Shown piece after piece: positions 1-13,460 of a stretch of DNA of 30,509 nt. Within the stretch, counting starts at the first letter, position 1. Every line of letters begins with the position of its first letter. This DNA is from Bugula neritina (Eukaryota > Animalia > Bryozoa). The stretch lies in the NCBI GenBank assembly GCA_964035545.1, contig CAXIUT010000050.1:26606-57114 (forward strand), written 5' to 3'. The translations under genes and the position numbers were made by a program. The notes under the pieces were generated by a model. That model did not search any database. It was not told the origin of the DNA and saw only the letters and a program-made list of their open reading frames with translations.

Positions 1-76
1 CCCAACCCCAACCCCAACCCCAACCCCAACCCCAACCCCAACCCCAACCCCAACCCCAAACCCCAACCCCAACCCC
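1..76 (+). repeat. Telomere (CCCCAA)n at the left chromosome end, with one CCCCAAA variant at 54-60
   Basis: Tandem C4A2 from base 1, C-rich strand 5'. This is the Tetrahymena-type ciliate telomere repeat. Confidence 0.97.
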
Positions 77-206
77 TTATCTAATATTTATTCATATTCA
101 AATAATATTTTTCTTTATCGAATTGAGATAAATAATTGATAAAGGGAATATTGGTTTTCAGGTCAAATGATAGATAAATAGCAAGTTTTTTAGATCTTAT
201 AATCAA

Positions 207-580
207 TCACAATTACTGTTAGGGATAGTAGTTAGGTTCTCTCTATCCTTAGCTTTTTCCTTTATCTTTGATTACTGCTTCTACCAATTATTATAAAGAA
301 AGTCCATCGTTATTTTTGTCAAATGTTTTGATAAATTTCAAAGTTCCGTCAATAAACTTGGGGTCAATATCAATACCTTGAAAAGCTCTAAGATAATCCA
401 GTTCATAATAATCTTTCAACTCTTGGTCATTGAGAAGACCATCAAAATCTCCATCGAATCGTTCAAAAGCTAAATAGAAAGAAGCAAACATTTAGCGACT
501 TGTTATTTGTTTTTGGGGTTATATGCCAAACACAATGATACCATTACGATCAGACATACGATTGATTGTAGTTTAATCAT
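207..580 (-). CDS. Small secreted/ER EF-hand protein (117 aa); intron 470-489
   Basis: Signal peptide MIKLQSIVCLIVMVSLCLA and two EF-like loops (DGDFDGLLNDQE, DKNNDGLSLEE with TAA TAA=EE). The C-terminus EQEL resembles an ER-retention signal. A 20-nt GT-AG intron restores the frame; ends in TGA. Confidence 0.85.
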
Positions 581-704
581 CTTATTATTATGTTTGATTT
601 TGATATATTGTGTAATATCACACGTATATATTCAAGTAAGTCAATTTTGATATACTATGATATAAAATAAATGTCAATAAAGGCAGTTTGGTCTATCAAT
701 GGTG

Positions 705-1169
705 TCAAATTTTAGCAAAGTTTTGTTTCCAAGGCTTTTTCATATCTTTCTATCGACTTGTACTTTTTCTTTACAATGAACGGGTCTTACTCAACTTCAG
801 TCGTCCTCTTTCAACCACCTTACCAACTATCTATTCAGCTTGTTATTCTTCTATTTCTTCTACAAAAAGAATTTGCATTTTCTAATTAAGTAATTGCATA
901 TTTCCCCTCAGCCTTTGTAGAATCTTTTCAGTCGATTCATTATTCTTTTTTTAAAGATCTATCTAATGAGCATATTGTTCTGATAGGATGTGACTCGTAC
1001 TAATGCTATTAGGAATTTCTTGATGGTTAGTTTTAGGTTGTTTACTGGTTGGAGTTGGAGGTTGGGAAGGATGAAATTTTTAGTTTGATAGTTTACGAGG
1101 TAGTTGGGAAGAGAGTTTGTTTGTTTTATAATTTTTTTGTTGTCGAACTGGGGAGATCTATTGCCTCAT
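705..1169 (-). CDS. Hypothetical protein (154 aa)
   Basis: Continuous ATG-to-TGA frame with TAR read as sense. No recognisable domain. Confidence 0.65.
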
Positions 1170-1273
1170 TTGTTATTAATAAACTTATTAAACTATATCA
1201 TATGATTATCTTTAATAGATCAAATAAGATGTTTTATAATTGTAGTATAAATTAATTTGTAATAAAATTAAGG

Positions 1274-2077
1274 ATGAATCAAGTTCTTAGGTCGAATCGA
1301 GTGCAAAAAAAGAGTTAAAAAAAGGAGTAGTAAATCTAGAAAGACAAGATTTCTATGTTCAACCTTAATACTTCTAATATCTCGCGCTTCGGACATTTTT
1401 TTTCAAATTATAAATGCAACCCCTAGCGAAAATAGACTAAGAATCAGAATAATAATAACAGCAAACAATAAAGCAGTCGAGGGCACAAATCTTACCAGTA
1501 AATTAGGTTAAAACCTGAACTTTTAGGAGGCATGTCAAATATCAAATTACCTTCTAATAAACCTCAATTCTTTTTTCTAAATCAAAAATATATCAACAAC
1601 TACGATATTCTACCATCAAAAAAACTTATCAAACAAACTCCAGATAAAATGGTACACTTTTCTCAATTCATCATGACAGATATAAGACCTCAAACATCTA
1701 CAGGAGTACTTCATTCTAACAACCAAAGAAATAGATCTTTCATGAAAGCTTCACAGTCAAGAAGTACATCTAATTGCAAAAAGAATCCAGACTCTGCTAA
1801 AAAATCAAAATCTAAAAATAGTTTTAAGTCTATTGAAGTAGCTGCTGATAGCAAATATGCTCAAATTAAGAAAATAGGGTAATCAGGACAAGGCAAAGAA
1901 TGTCCCAAACAATTAACTGAGCTGAAAAGACAACTATAGAGGTCGTTATCTTATCGAGGAAATATGCGAAGAGCAAAGAGTAGTGTAGAAAGAAGAGTAA
2001 AAGAAGTGAAAGACCCTCAACCTTGGTAAACAGAAAGGTTAGATTTCATGGAATAAGATAACTATCTAATGCAATGA
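1274..2077 (+). CDS. Hypothetical Lys/Ser/Asn-rich protein (267 aa)
   Basis: Continuous ATG-to-TGA frame that contains the track ORF 1532-1882. Confidence 0.7.
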
Positions 2078-2167
2078 GTCAAATTTAAATTGAAGTTACC
2101 TCATGAAGATTGTTTTTTAGGATATTGATATTTAAATTATCAAATGATTAAACTATCAATAATCAAT

Positions 2168-2784
2168 TCAAAAATTACTGCTTCTGTACCCATATTTATG
2201 CCCTACCTCCTGTATTTTAGTCATAACTGTATCACTTCGGTTACAAAAATCAAGTATATACAAATTCTAAAGTTCAAAAGGGACTATCTAACTGTATTTG
2301 TGCATTTTCATCACATCATGTCGAATTTCTTCATCCATCGGGTATTTAAAAGTAGGACAGGCAGTACGAATTTTAGTATACAACTATTGCATCATTGGCT
2401 CTTTTAAAATTGATGCAGAATATATTAATGATTGGAAAGATGACTGCACTTGCTAGAAATTAGTATCAATTGCATCTTTGTGATCTAGTATTGATTTACA
2501 TTAAGTTTCACAGATGAAGTAAACTTTATAGAAATAGTTCTACTTTGAAGAAGGTTCTTAGTGTATGCTCCTCGATTTATCAAAGCTTGCTATGTTTTTA
2601 AACTTCTTTATCTCGGCTCTTTTTGAAAGCAATCGAACATTATTAGCTATTGTTTATGTAGTTATTGTTGCTTTTTTGCATGCTGATGCTCGCACATAAA
2701 TTTGATTTTTCTAACTAATATCAAGATAGCTCCAGATTGCTCTACTTGTTATTCTTTTTTTTGAATAGAAACACAAGCTCCCAT
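2168..2784 (-). CDS. IST1-like (ESCRT-III-associated) domain protein with N-terminal MGAC acylation motif (198 aa); intron 2619-2638
   Basis: A 20-nt intron joins two frames. Segments SSFQSLIYSASIL and VPFELENLYILDFC resemble recalled IST1 motifs (VSTLIWAAPRL, PPKILVERYLIEIA). The family call is from memory only. Confidence 0.55.
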
Positions 2785-3415
2785 GAATTAAAAAAAAACT
2801 TATATTATAACTAAAAAAATTAATGCACTTTTTACAATCTTTAGAAGAAGTAAAACAATTAAAAATAATTTAAATGAAATAGAGTTAAAATTATTAAAAA
2901 TAAAAAGGCATCTTTACAAACTTATTATTTGATTAATTTAGATATATAAAAGAGCATTGGTTAGATAAATAAAATCAATTAAGCATAAAAGTTAAATAAA
3001 AGGATAATTTTTGAATGAGAGAGCTTAGGCCATGTCATTGTAACAATTTAGTCTGATATTTTAATGATATCCTTTGAAATGGTCAAGAAGATTTCAAAAA
3101 GAATTATTATTTATTTCCTCAAGAGACAAACTATAGCTTTCTAATGATTTCCAGATAGCTAAAATCAAAAGATATAGCTTTTCGAGGAGTTTCCACTCAT
3201 TTGGATTAAAAGTTTTTCATTTGATTATTTTATCTTATGTTAGCTACATTTTCTTCAATTAATACCATAATACCCTCAAGAAATATTTATTCTTTCTTTT
3301 AAAAGCACTATCTTCATATCTTTTTGATGTTTTCTTCCTTTTTCGTGATTTTTTGTCTAAAAATAAGCAAAAGAGCTTTAAATACGCGTGAATAGTTGTG
3401 ATTAATAATTTTTTG

Positions 3416-4408
3416 ATGTTTAAGGAAGTAACTCAAACTATGGAGAAGTCAGCGTTATCTGGATATGATGTTAAAGAAAAAGCTCCCTTTAAGATCAGTC
3501 AAAGCGGACTTAGAAAAAGAAATATTTACTAAAGGGATGGACATTGGAATTAAAAAGAAAAACTCAAGTATACCATTTTCATCAGCTTTTTCCAAAATCT
3601 CTTAGAAGACTCTGAAGAAAAAAAGAATATCAGAATATTTTAAATGATGTCTGACATGATTATTACAAGGACTTCTAGTCAATGTCGTAGTCATCACCAA
3701 AAAATTCTTGATCACAGAAAAAACATTACCAATATCATAGCTTCAGTAACTGATAAGTATGAGCCTAGTGTTTATTAAGCTGTGAAGAAAAAGTATATGG
3801 TCTTAGTTAAATATCTTCTAGAAAATAAATAAAAATATATCAGAGAAAAAGATCCTAAAGCCACCCTTTAAGAGAAGAAAAAAACTTCTGAATAAAGCAA
3901 GGATTTCAAGGAAGTTTAGGCCAAAAATGGAAAATAATTATTTATTCCAATAGATATAACTCCTCTAAATATGATAATTGAAGAGATAAAAAATTAAGAG
4001 AAACTAACTGGCCCTGACGGAAAAGGAAATTAAAAGGGTTTCTAAGAGAAAACAAGACCTGACAGGATAGAAAATTAACATGAAGCAAATGTGAAATCTG
4101 AAGAACAAAATGCCTTTGATGAACACTGTTTGTCTAAGTACATGGGAACTTATGTTTAAAACAATTCTTTCTATGTTCCTCAAGTCTATATGCCTATTAA
4201 ATTAGCTGGATATGACTAAAATAACATAATAAGCTCTTTAAATCTAAATAGCTTTTATTAAAATTAACTGAGACACTACTTGTTCCAGAAATAAATTCAT
4301 CTACAAAGAATCAAATATTTGAAGGAAACAGCCAGAATGTAAGAAGAAAATCTTTAAAAAGTTAATCAAAAACTATCATAAATAGAATAAAATAGGAAAT
4401 TAATTTGA
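3416..4408 (+). CDS. Myb-like (SHAQKY-class, ciliate SHHQK type) DNA-binding protein (330 aa)
   Basis: GHWNEKEKLKY...TRTSSQCRSHHQK motif; intronless ATG-to-TGA frame. Confidence 0.85.
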
Positions 4409-4574
4409 AGATGAATGATAGTATAGATTATTTTATTTACTTCAAGATTATTAAAATATTTTAATAGAATCAATATATTAAAGAATACAAACCATTAGTT
4501 ATTAATAAAATAGCTACAAAGTCTTTATTTAAAGATATTACATAATTTAAGAAGTCCATACTGAGATAAAAGGA

Positions 4575-6519
4575 TCAGTATTCAGCCTTTTCTTCTAGAT
4601 AGTCAATATATTCTCCCATTTTTCCAAGGACATAGATTAATTATTAATAGCTAGGTCTATCAGCTGGCATGGGTTATTTACAGAGAGTCCACATTTTTTC
4701 CATAAGATGGCCAAAATCTTCCAGATCACCACTGCAGAAGTTCATCATATAATCCATAAGACTGCCAAAACTATAAACATCAAATAAAGCATGCTGGTCG
4801 TATTACTCCCTGGTATAGCCATTCTAAGTAGCAAGTTTTGCTATATTTTTAAACTCAAGAGAACAATTTTGTGTTGTTAAAACTTAATAAAAATAAAAAT
4901 ACCACGCTGAGAAGTAACCTACTTGTACCTGTAATCTTTATAAACCGGACAAGAAGATCCAAAATCTATAATTTTAGGTGCTTGATATTTATCAAGCAAA
5001 ATATTATGAGCCTTGATATCTCTGTGACATCTATTTTTTGAAAAAACAAGCCAATTAAGACCATGATTTATTTGTTCTAAGACTCTTAACTTATTTTTTA
5101 ATGAAAACATAGATTAATCCTATTAATTTATAATAGCCTCTAAAGGATGCTCATAGAACTATGATATTATATTCTATTCTTCTCTATTTTATTATTTTTA
5201 CTTCTATTCAACAGATAATATCTCTTTTAGTTCATTATTTTAAGACTATATAACTTCTTGGAAGTAGTAAGTTCCTATAAATGGACAAAATTAATTTCTA
5301 ATTCCTTTGATAAATTTCTTTTAATTTTTAAAAGAATTCCATGAAGAATTAGATTTAATATTTTTACATGTTTTTTTTATCAACTTTAATTGCTTTTTTT
5401 ATTGATTTAATTTAGAATTTTTGTAGTATTGATTATTCACCTAAGCATGAATTGAAAAGAGAAGAGTTATTTAAAAGGTACCAATCAGGACTTTACAATG
5501 ACGACCTTCGGCATGTAGAGGTTAATTTTCTTTTTTTATTTATTTTTAATGCTCTTCTAGTGATTTTTCATGATCAATATTAGTTAAATCTTTTATTCCA
5601 TAAACATTTTTATTCTTTATATTCATTGTTTTCAACTCTTTTTGATACTCTTTGATTTATATGTACATTTTCTCCCTAAATTTACTATATTATTCAAGCA
5701 ATAGTTCTTGAGAATGAGATCCCTTGCAAGCTGCTAGATCTAAATATTAAGAAAAACGATCTAAAGCATTAATCCTTATTGATTTATATTTTGAAAAAAG
5801 ATTTTATCTATATTAATTTCATGCTACCTTGTTTGTCCTCTTGATTGTGATATATTTCTTTATACTTAAAGAACCATCAATCCTAATCTAAGATATTTTA
5901 GTGGATTATTATCTTAAACTTTACAAAGATTTTTATTATTTTTCTGTTCTAAGAACTCAGAACAAGTTTCGGAGTTAAATATTCTGAGAAATACTAAAAA
6001 ATTTGAAAAAATCTATCGAACTTGATTTCTTAAATTTGAAATATATCTGCAAAGTTAAGAATATTGAACTATTAGAGTAGCATATATCTACTGGTTTTAG
6101 TTTAATACAAATTTCCAAGGCAAATTACTTCTATTTTTCGAGTTAAATATCTGTACAAGTTTATGATTGTTAATAAGCATTCTTTGATTTTCTATCTTAA
6201 ATTTTTTACCTGTTCTGTCAAGATACTAAGGATGAACTTTAATTAGCATATCTTTTCCACTATTACGAGGATAAAAAATCCAAACCAAATTGAAAGGAAT
6301 AGTATTTTGATTTAAATCTTGAACTTGATGACGATCAATATGAAAATACTACTGGTTAAAGAGACGATTTTGTTCTATGGAGTAGAGGATATGTTGTTAT
6401 TGTGTTTTTGGTATTTGAAAATTATTATATGAAATGAATTGATTTTGTGGAGGAAAATAAATAGGCACTCCCACTGGAACATCGAGTTGACTATCGATTC
6501 CTTAGAATAAGTGAGCCAT
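4575..6519 (-). CDS. Divergent protein kinase with long N-terminal extension (634 aa); introns 4883-4902 and 5808-5827
   Basis: HRDIKAHNILLD, IIDFGS, DVYSFG and DRPSY motifs. The alphaC Glu and hinge Glu are encoded by TAA/TAG. Spliced length is divisible by 3. Confidence 0.88.
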
Positions 6520-6719
6520 GAAACTATAATTAATTTATCATCTAATGAGTCAGAAAAATAATTAATAATACCAAAACAACCTTATCTCATTGATAATTAT
6601 CATCAATTATGTTTGAAGTTTCATTTTTTATACTTAATAATTCTTTTAGCATCAAAATAAAATAGTCATCAGTAATTTATATTTTCAATTTTTATTTCAA
6701 ATAAGCATAATGTCATAAA

Positions 6720-8486
6720 TCATTCTTTTCTTAACATATCTTTTAGTCTTTAATTCGCAAATTTAACATCTCCATTCCTCTACTTATCTGATAAAAAACA
6801 TTGCAAAATAGATGTAGCAGATATATCTATCATCGACAGATAGATCGCTGAAATAACGAAAGAAATCAGCCCTGAAACAAAAGTTATCACAAAAGGAGAT
6901 TGAATTCTTAATTCATAGTAAGGAATATAACGAACTGCAAAATATGCTGACACAGATATCGAAGCTGTCACAGCCAATATTCCAAATATAGTAAAGAATA
7001 TGCTAAGACCATCAGTAATACCTATAGTAGCCATGTTTTAAGACATTAATTTAAATGCTCTAACAGTACTAGAACAATAACCTTTACCAGTAATAGCTAT
7101 AGTGACATAAGTTCCATCACTTAAAAATCTAAGACAACTAAATTATAAGTAAAATACATTTTGAAGATACAAAATAATGCATTTAAACACTTTAGACAAC
7201 AAGATACTATTGAACCATCATTTTATTATGCTTAAAATGATAGAATATGTGCTATGAACTTTATTACAAAGAATATTCCATTGATTAGAGAGGCAAAAGC
7301 AACACTTCCTGAATGGAAACGAGTCAATCTATATAAAGATTCACCTCCTGGAGAACTACCATTAAAATACCAAACTGCAACTGAAGAACAAAGCATGAAG
7401 TGATTGCAGCCATGGAAAAAGAAAATCATCCAAAGAGCAGCAACCAAAAATATTACTATCATTGCTATTTGCCCTCCGTTGAGGTCGATTGTTGGAAAAG
7501 CTGCATGAGCTGGCTAAAATGAAAAATCTCCATTTGAATAAAGATACCCTGCTCCGAATATGAGAGCTACAATAACAGCACAAACGAAAAGTACTTGAGA
7601 AATAGGGAGAAAGACTAGACAGCAATTGTCAAAAAGGAAAATTGAACCTAACTCAACAGCTTTGGCTCCCATAGCTAGTCTGCTTCGAAGACAAATAACC
7701 AAAAATAAAAGGATCACTGCTGCTCCAATAAGAATACTTCCAACTATAATAAGCACATTATAAGAGATGGTTGATAGTCTGTTGGCTATTTATTCTGGAA
7801 TATTGACTCCTTTAGCATAGAGGATAAAGAAGATTCCAACAACAAGCATACCTCCTGTGCAGAGAGTGATAGCTAGAGCGATCATGAAGGTAGCACAGAC
7901 TCTTACAAACACAAAGTATAGGAGAGAAAGGATCATAGCAGTCCCAGCAGCTATAACTAACACTATCCAACCTGTCTGTAAGTCATAAACCCAAGTCGAA
8001 TAAGCATTTTAGTTGAAAGCTGTGTCAAAGTTTAAACTAGTTGTTGTAGTTGGAATACAGTAGTTATCGATTGTTGTTGAAGAGTAGTTGGCGATATAAA
8101 CTCCTGCTGATGGACAGTTAACAGAATCGGGAAGGCAAGGAGTAGAGTCACCTGCCTGTGCTGGACAGGAAGAAAGGCAGACAGCATTTTGGAAGAGATC
8201 TGTGTTGGGAAGGTATCCATCTATATTTATAAAGAAAAATACAACTAAAGCCAGATGAATTACTACAACGAATTCCACTGCTATTATAGATAGAAATAGC
8301 TGACTGGAAGTCTCCAGAGATAATACCATATATAAGGAGTCCAATGAAGGCAGCCATAAATAGGAACATCAGGATAGCGCAGATAACGTCTGTGCATTTT
8401 CTTTGACTATTAGGAACCATAATGGGATCTTATTCATCAACCATGAGAGGAGATTTGAAGCGAGAGTTGCGTTCAGATAATTCCAT
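6720..8486 (-). CDS. Choline transporter-like protein (CTL/SLC44 family, 574 aa); introns 7138-7157 and 8221-8242
   Basis: RKCTDVIC, VCLSSCP, VAVWYF, FHSGSVAFASLI and AITGKGYCSS motifs with about 10 hydrophobic helices. Confidence 0.92.
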
Positions 8487-8772
8487 GATTTGTTCAGAAA
8501 TTATTACTTATTATATTATCAATCAATGACTTAATATATATTCTTATTGTAAAAGTATAAAAATATCTGATCAAATAAGATAGTTAAATAAGCACCAATA
8601 ACTATCCTGATGATAAAATTAGTGATTATTGATAAAGTATTAATATATTGAAAATAGATCAGCCCATTAAGATATTGATCATCATCACTATGATGTCCCT
8701 ATCGGTTTGTCATCACTTACTAATTAATCTTATATTTGTATTTATAGGTTTAAAATATTAAATTAAGCACTT

Positions 8773-10360
8773 ATGGGGCCTATCCTCATTTACCTCATCC
8801 TAGCCTTTTCACTTATCTTAGCAGTCAGCACTGTTCTTCCCTCTGTTTCTACCCCATCTGTACTTAAAACTAGAAAATAATAACTTGTCTTAAATGCTGA
8901 TACCACTGTTCCTATCACCATCCCTCTTCCTGATTTCATTAAAAATGCTATTTAAATCAAAATAATCGAAGGAAGTGATTGTCAAAATGTAAAGGGAGTT
9001 AACTAAATAAACAAAGGTAGTTTTTTAAATTTACCTATTAACAAAACATAGATTGTTAGTTAAAATTGGTTGACTTAAGTAATGAGTTTTAGTTATGATT
9101 CATAAAAAGAAATCTTATATGTTTTACTAGATAATGGCACTCTGATCAAAAGTTAAAGATTTCTTCTAGGTGCTAATCAACCTACTTAAGCAAAAGGAAT
9201 ATCATACAATCAAGGAAGTTAGAAGGCTAGTGATACTTGGTTTTCTATCCATAATGAACTATTTGTAGTTGAATCGAAACTTTTTATTTTGGAAATGTAA
9301 GATATTTATGAAGTGAAGTTGTATGATGAAGGATATTGGAAAAAATAAAATAAAATTTATGAAGGAGTAATAAAGATAAGAATTATAAATAATAAATTGT
9401 ACATTTTGACTAGGACAGATTTGATTATCTATGATTCAGAACAAAAGAAAGGTCAAAAGATATTTTCAGGGACAAAATTGCAAGATTTTATCGAATTAAA
9501 TAAAACAATTTATGTTTTAGATAAAAATAAAGGTTTGTTGATGATATAATCAGATTAGATATGGAAAATAGAAGGTCTATAATACACATAGAAATTATCA
9601 GGTTTCGGTAATACTATTTTGGTCATTTTCGAATTGGGTCATCGAAATTATATCGGATAATATTTCATAAAGAAAGGTCAGTTGATCCTCAACAGATACT
9701 ACCACAAGTACATTTACATTAAAAAAGTTACTACCTAGTCAGAGATATCTACATGACCTCTTCATATGCAATTGTAGATGCCTACAACCAATTCATCATA
9801 ATGGAACACTCTCTCAACCGATAAGGCTACAACAAACTCACTCCTGCATAATTTATCTATTCCTCTTATGGAACTTCTATCAATGGAATTAGAATAGTGC
9901 CTACAGGACATTAATTATCTTTTATTGTAGGTTTTAAAAACTCAGTTTAGTATCTGTATTTTCCTAATCATCTAAAGACAGTTAATTTGGAATGCAATTC
10001 TTCAATTTCTCAAAAGATGAACGCTCTTGTTGAGTTTAAAGGTAGTATTTAGGATATTTAGGTCCATGTAGTTCTGGACTGTCTCCATAAGAGTTTTTAT
10101 GTCAAGTTGAAGTACCGCTTGTGATAAATTTTTAGTTTAGTCATAAAAGAAAAAATATGTAAAATTATAATCATAAGATACTTTATTGGCTATGTTTGAT
10201 AATATTGACAGTATTTAGTGTTTTATGTTGCATAGTTTGTCGTAAGAGGTTGAAGGCAGTTCAGAAGGTTCTTAAAAGAGACTTTTAAAACTTGAAAAAA
10301 AGGCAAGAATAGCATAGCATCAATATGGAACAAACTTTTAATGCCGATATAGCTAGATGA
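8773..10360 (+). CDS. Type I membrane protein with signal peptide and beta-rich ectodomain (515 aa); introns 9708-9727 and 10042-10061
   Basis: N-terminal signal MGPILIYLILAFSLILAVS. C-terminal TM segment ILYWLCLIILTVFSVLCCIVC is followed by RKRLK. Two 20-nt introns restore the frame. Confidence 0.8.
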
Positions 10361-10439
10361 TTAGCATAATATCATCTACATTAAATGATTAAATAGTATT
10401 GATATAGATATTTGATTTAGTTTCATATTTAGAATATAG

Positions 10440-11591
10440 ATGTAATCGAAGAGTAGAACTTTTTTGCTGACAGAACCCGTACAATAATTAATCTGTTCAA
10501 TCGATTAAGATCATCCTAAAAATCATCATAGAAATAAATCTAGGTTTATTGATACCAGTAAAGCCATTACCTTCCAGCACTCAGATTCTAATTGGAATAA
10601 ATAAAAATAAATAGATAGTAGTCCATTTAGTCTAACTGCTGATGGAAATAGTAACTTTAAATAGAACAAAGGAGATATATAAAAAAGTAAAGAATAAAAA
10701 CAGGTTTCTAGCAAGAATAAAGGTCATAAGAAATAATCTTTAAAAAAGTTTTTTTAAAGACTCAAAACTTAAATCAGTAGAGAAACATAAGTGAACGAAG
10801 AAGATGATTAAATGGGAACTAGAAAGAGTAATAGACGCAGACATTGTAGACTTAAAACAAAAGAACAATTTGATGACTAATATTATAAGTACTTGATTCG
10901 AAAAGATAAAGAAGAGGTGGCTTAGCTCTTCAGAAGAGTCAATAGATAGATGAAGGCAAGTGGAGGAAAGCAAGAAGGAAATATTTTTTATCAAAATATT
11001 AGACAAGAAGCTCTTAGAAAAATAAATTACATGTCTTTTAATCAAAAATACTATGATGATGGTGAAGTCAGACATTTACATTCAGTAGTTGAAAATTGCA
11101 ATGTCCTTATCCATAAAAAGATAAGCAAAATAGATGCAAAACCTCTTTATTTAGTCCCTAAAACAGCCAGAAATAGAATATCAAAATCCAAATAAAACAA
11201 GAATTCCAATAATTATTCTCAAAGAAATAATATTCAACTAAATAAATAAAAAGAACAGAAAGATCAATAATAATATAAAAATATACCTAGTTAGCCAACT
11301 CATAATATAAAGAACGTCAGAAAACTTCAATCAGCTAAAATGATTCGAGGAAGTCTTGCGGATTAGATGTTTAAGGAATCAGTATAAAAAAAGTTTAAAT
11401 AAAAGTAAAAGAAAGATCTAGGAGCTAAGTTTGGAGAGATAGTTAACTACTGTTCAACATAGAAGAAACAGTTGAAAGAAATTAAAAGTGGAATGAAGAT
11501 ATTTGAGTTTTATTGTGGAAGAGTTACGAATGGTATGCAGGCAAGGTAAACAAAATTGGATAATTTTTTGAAGTGGGAAGAAGAAGCTTGA
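10440..11591 (+). CDS. Hypothetical charged protein (383 aa)
   Basis: Continuous ATG-to-TGA frame, Lys/Glu-rich. Confidence 0.72.
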
Positions 11592-11811
11592 ATCAATCTA
11601 TTATTTATAACTCGTTGATTACTATCTATATTAGTATTAAATAAGAATACTATTAATTTAAACTTAAATAAGACTATTGATTTGACTTTAAAGACTATTT
11701 TGACATATTCATAATTGTTATACATTCAGATATTTTATTCATCTCATAGAATAATAGCATTTATTAGTTATCCATTAGTATGTATAGTTATAATTCAAAC
11801 AAAAGCTAAGC

Positions 11812-13026
11812 ATGAATAGAAAAAATTAAGATCAACTCAGTAGCGATAGAATACTGAAAAGTAAGTATGGAGCAAAATAAAAACCAAGGAGCAACAATGG
11901 ACTTCAGTCTTCACATTCCAAAATCATGCTGACAGATCTTTGCCCCGAATAAAAACTTAAAATAGGAGAATTAATCAAAATTAACTAATCGAGAAAAGTG
12001 CAAATCGATGATCTCATGCAGGAAATATAATCAATAAAGTCAAAACTATCAGACAAACTGGAAGAATATAATTAAGTTAGTCGATTATTAGAGGTCAAGA
12101 ATCAATAATGCAGTCGATTGGCAGCTATTGTTGATACTCTAGAACAAGAGAATGCAGATAGTCTACTTACGATACAATAATTTAGTAGAATTAATCAAGA
12201 ATATAGATCAACAGCACAGAAATATTCACAGATTCGCAAATAAAACAAAGAAATCCAGACTGATGAAAAAAGATGTTAAAGTTTAGGAACTCAAACTAAG
12301 CAAAAGAAAACAAAAAATAGAACCATTCAGACAAATGATATCCCATAGAAACAGTAAAAGAAACACAAAATTAGAGAATTTAATAGAAGTCATAGCAGAT
12401 CATTTGGTAAGCTAGGTTTTAAAGATAATCATGGTTCTGAGATATCATCATATAATAACTCACCTTCTCATAGCTACCAATAACATAATAACAAACCTTC
12501 TTAAATGGAAATAGGAATGTTAGAATAAGATATGGATGAATGTTTCTAAGATCTGGCCAAGAAATGGTTGCATCTCAAATAAAAAAATATTTAAAAATTA
12601 AAGAATCAATACGAATAATCTAAACATAAGTTCTACCATGAAGATAGCTTTTCTCATCAAGTCAAACACCATGAATCAAAATAGATATCTCACTAGCATT
12701 CAAGAGATAACTCCAAAGATATTGATGATGTTGAACTAAATAAAATGCTCAAGTCCAAAAACTTTAGTGCGAGCCGACTCCTGACTATCAAAGGAATGAT
12801 GACATAAAGTCAAATAGAGCAAAAAGAGTCTTTCTATGCAGATAATAAAAGTAATGAGCCTGGAAAGCGACTAACTTCGAAAGAGGGACTGAAAGAAGTT
12901 CAAGATAATAAGATGAATATCAAGGGATCAACAACAAGAGAACCAAGTATTAAGAAGAAGGGAGAAACTAAGTTTTCTAATTTTGTGGATGAAGATTTGA
13001 TGGACATTGTGAATTCTTTGAATTGA
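11812..13026 (+). CDS. Coiled-coil protein with a KIAA1328/hinderin-like motif (404 aa)
   Basis: LTDLCPEEKLKIGELIK resembles the recalled hinderin motif LKDLCLEDKRRIANLIK and is followed by a heptad region. No in-frame TGA. Confidence 0.7.
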
Positions 13027-13052
13027 GATGTGAAGATATGATAGTTATGGGA

Positions 13053-13358
13053 TCATTTTGGGTTTTTAAGAATGTAAATGACTGAATCCCCTCTAAGAAA
13101 CATCTTTGGAATAAATCTGCTCTTTGTTACTGCAGCTCCTTTCTTACCCTTTCGAGGCATTTCTGTCCATACTTCTTGCACGTTCTCCATCACCATGTTC
13201 ATATGACGATCGAATGCCTTCACTTTTCCCAACAGTTTTTTATTGTTACGAAGGGCAATTAAAATTTAGTTGTTAGCCTTAACTGACTTAGTCAGAAGTG
13301 AGAAAGGACCCACGTTAAAGTTATCCTCTTGAACTTTAGTCTCTACTTTCTCCTCCAT
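13053..13358 (-). CDS. SNRPD2: Small nuclear ribonucleoprotein Sm D2 (101 aa)
   Basis: [14 protein letters not shown](TAA)[29 protein letters not shown]...[10 protein letters not shown]...LKNPK. Confidence 0.97.
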
Positions 13359-13460
13359 CTCTTATAATAGCTCTTTATAAATTGAAAAGAAATAAGATAA
13401 ATAAAGTAAAATTAATAAATAGTAATTTTATGAAGCAGATAGCTATTCAAAACATAAAAT

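Noticed and set aside
77-206. Shared subtelomeric or chromosome-breakage motif at the two telomere junctions
   Set aside because: By eye I found no Tetrahymena Cbs-like 15-mer and no convincing motif shared with the reverse complement of 17982-18073.
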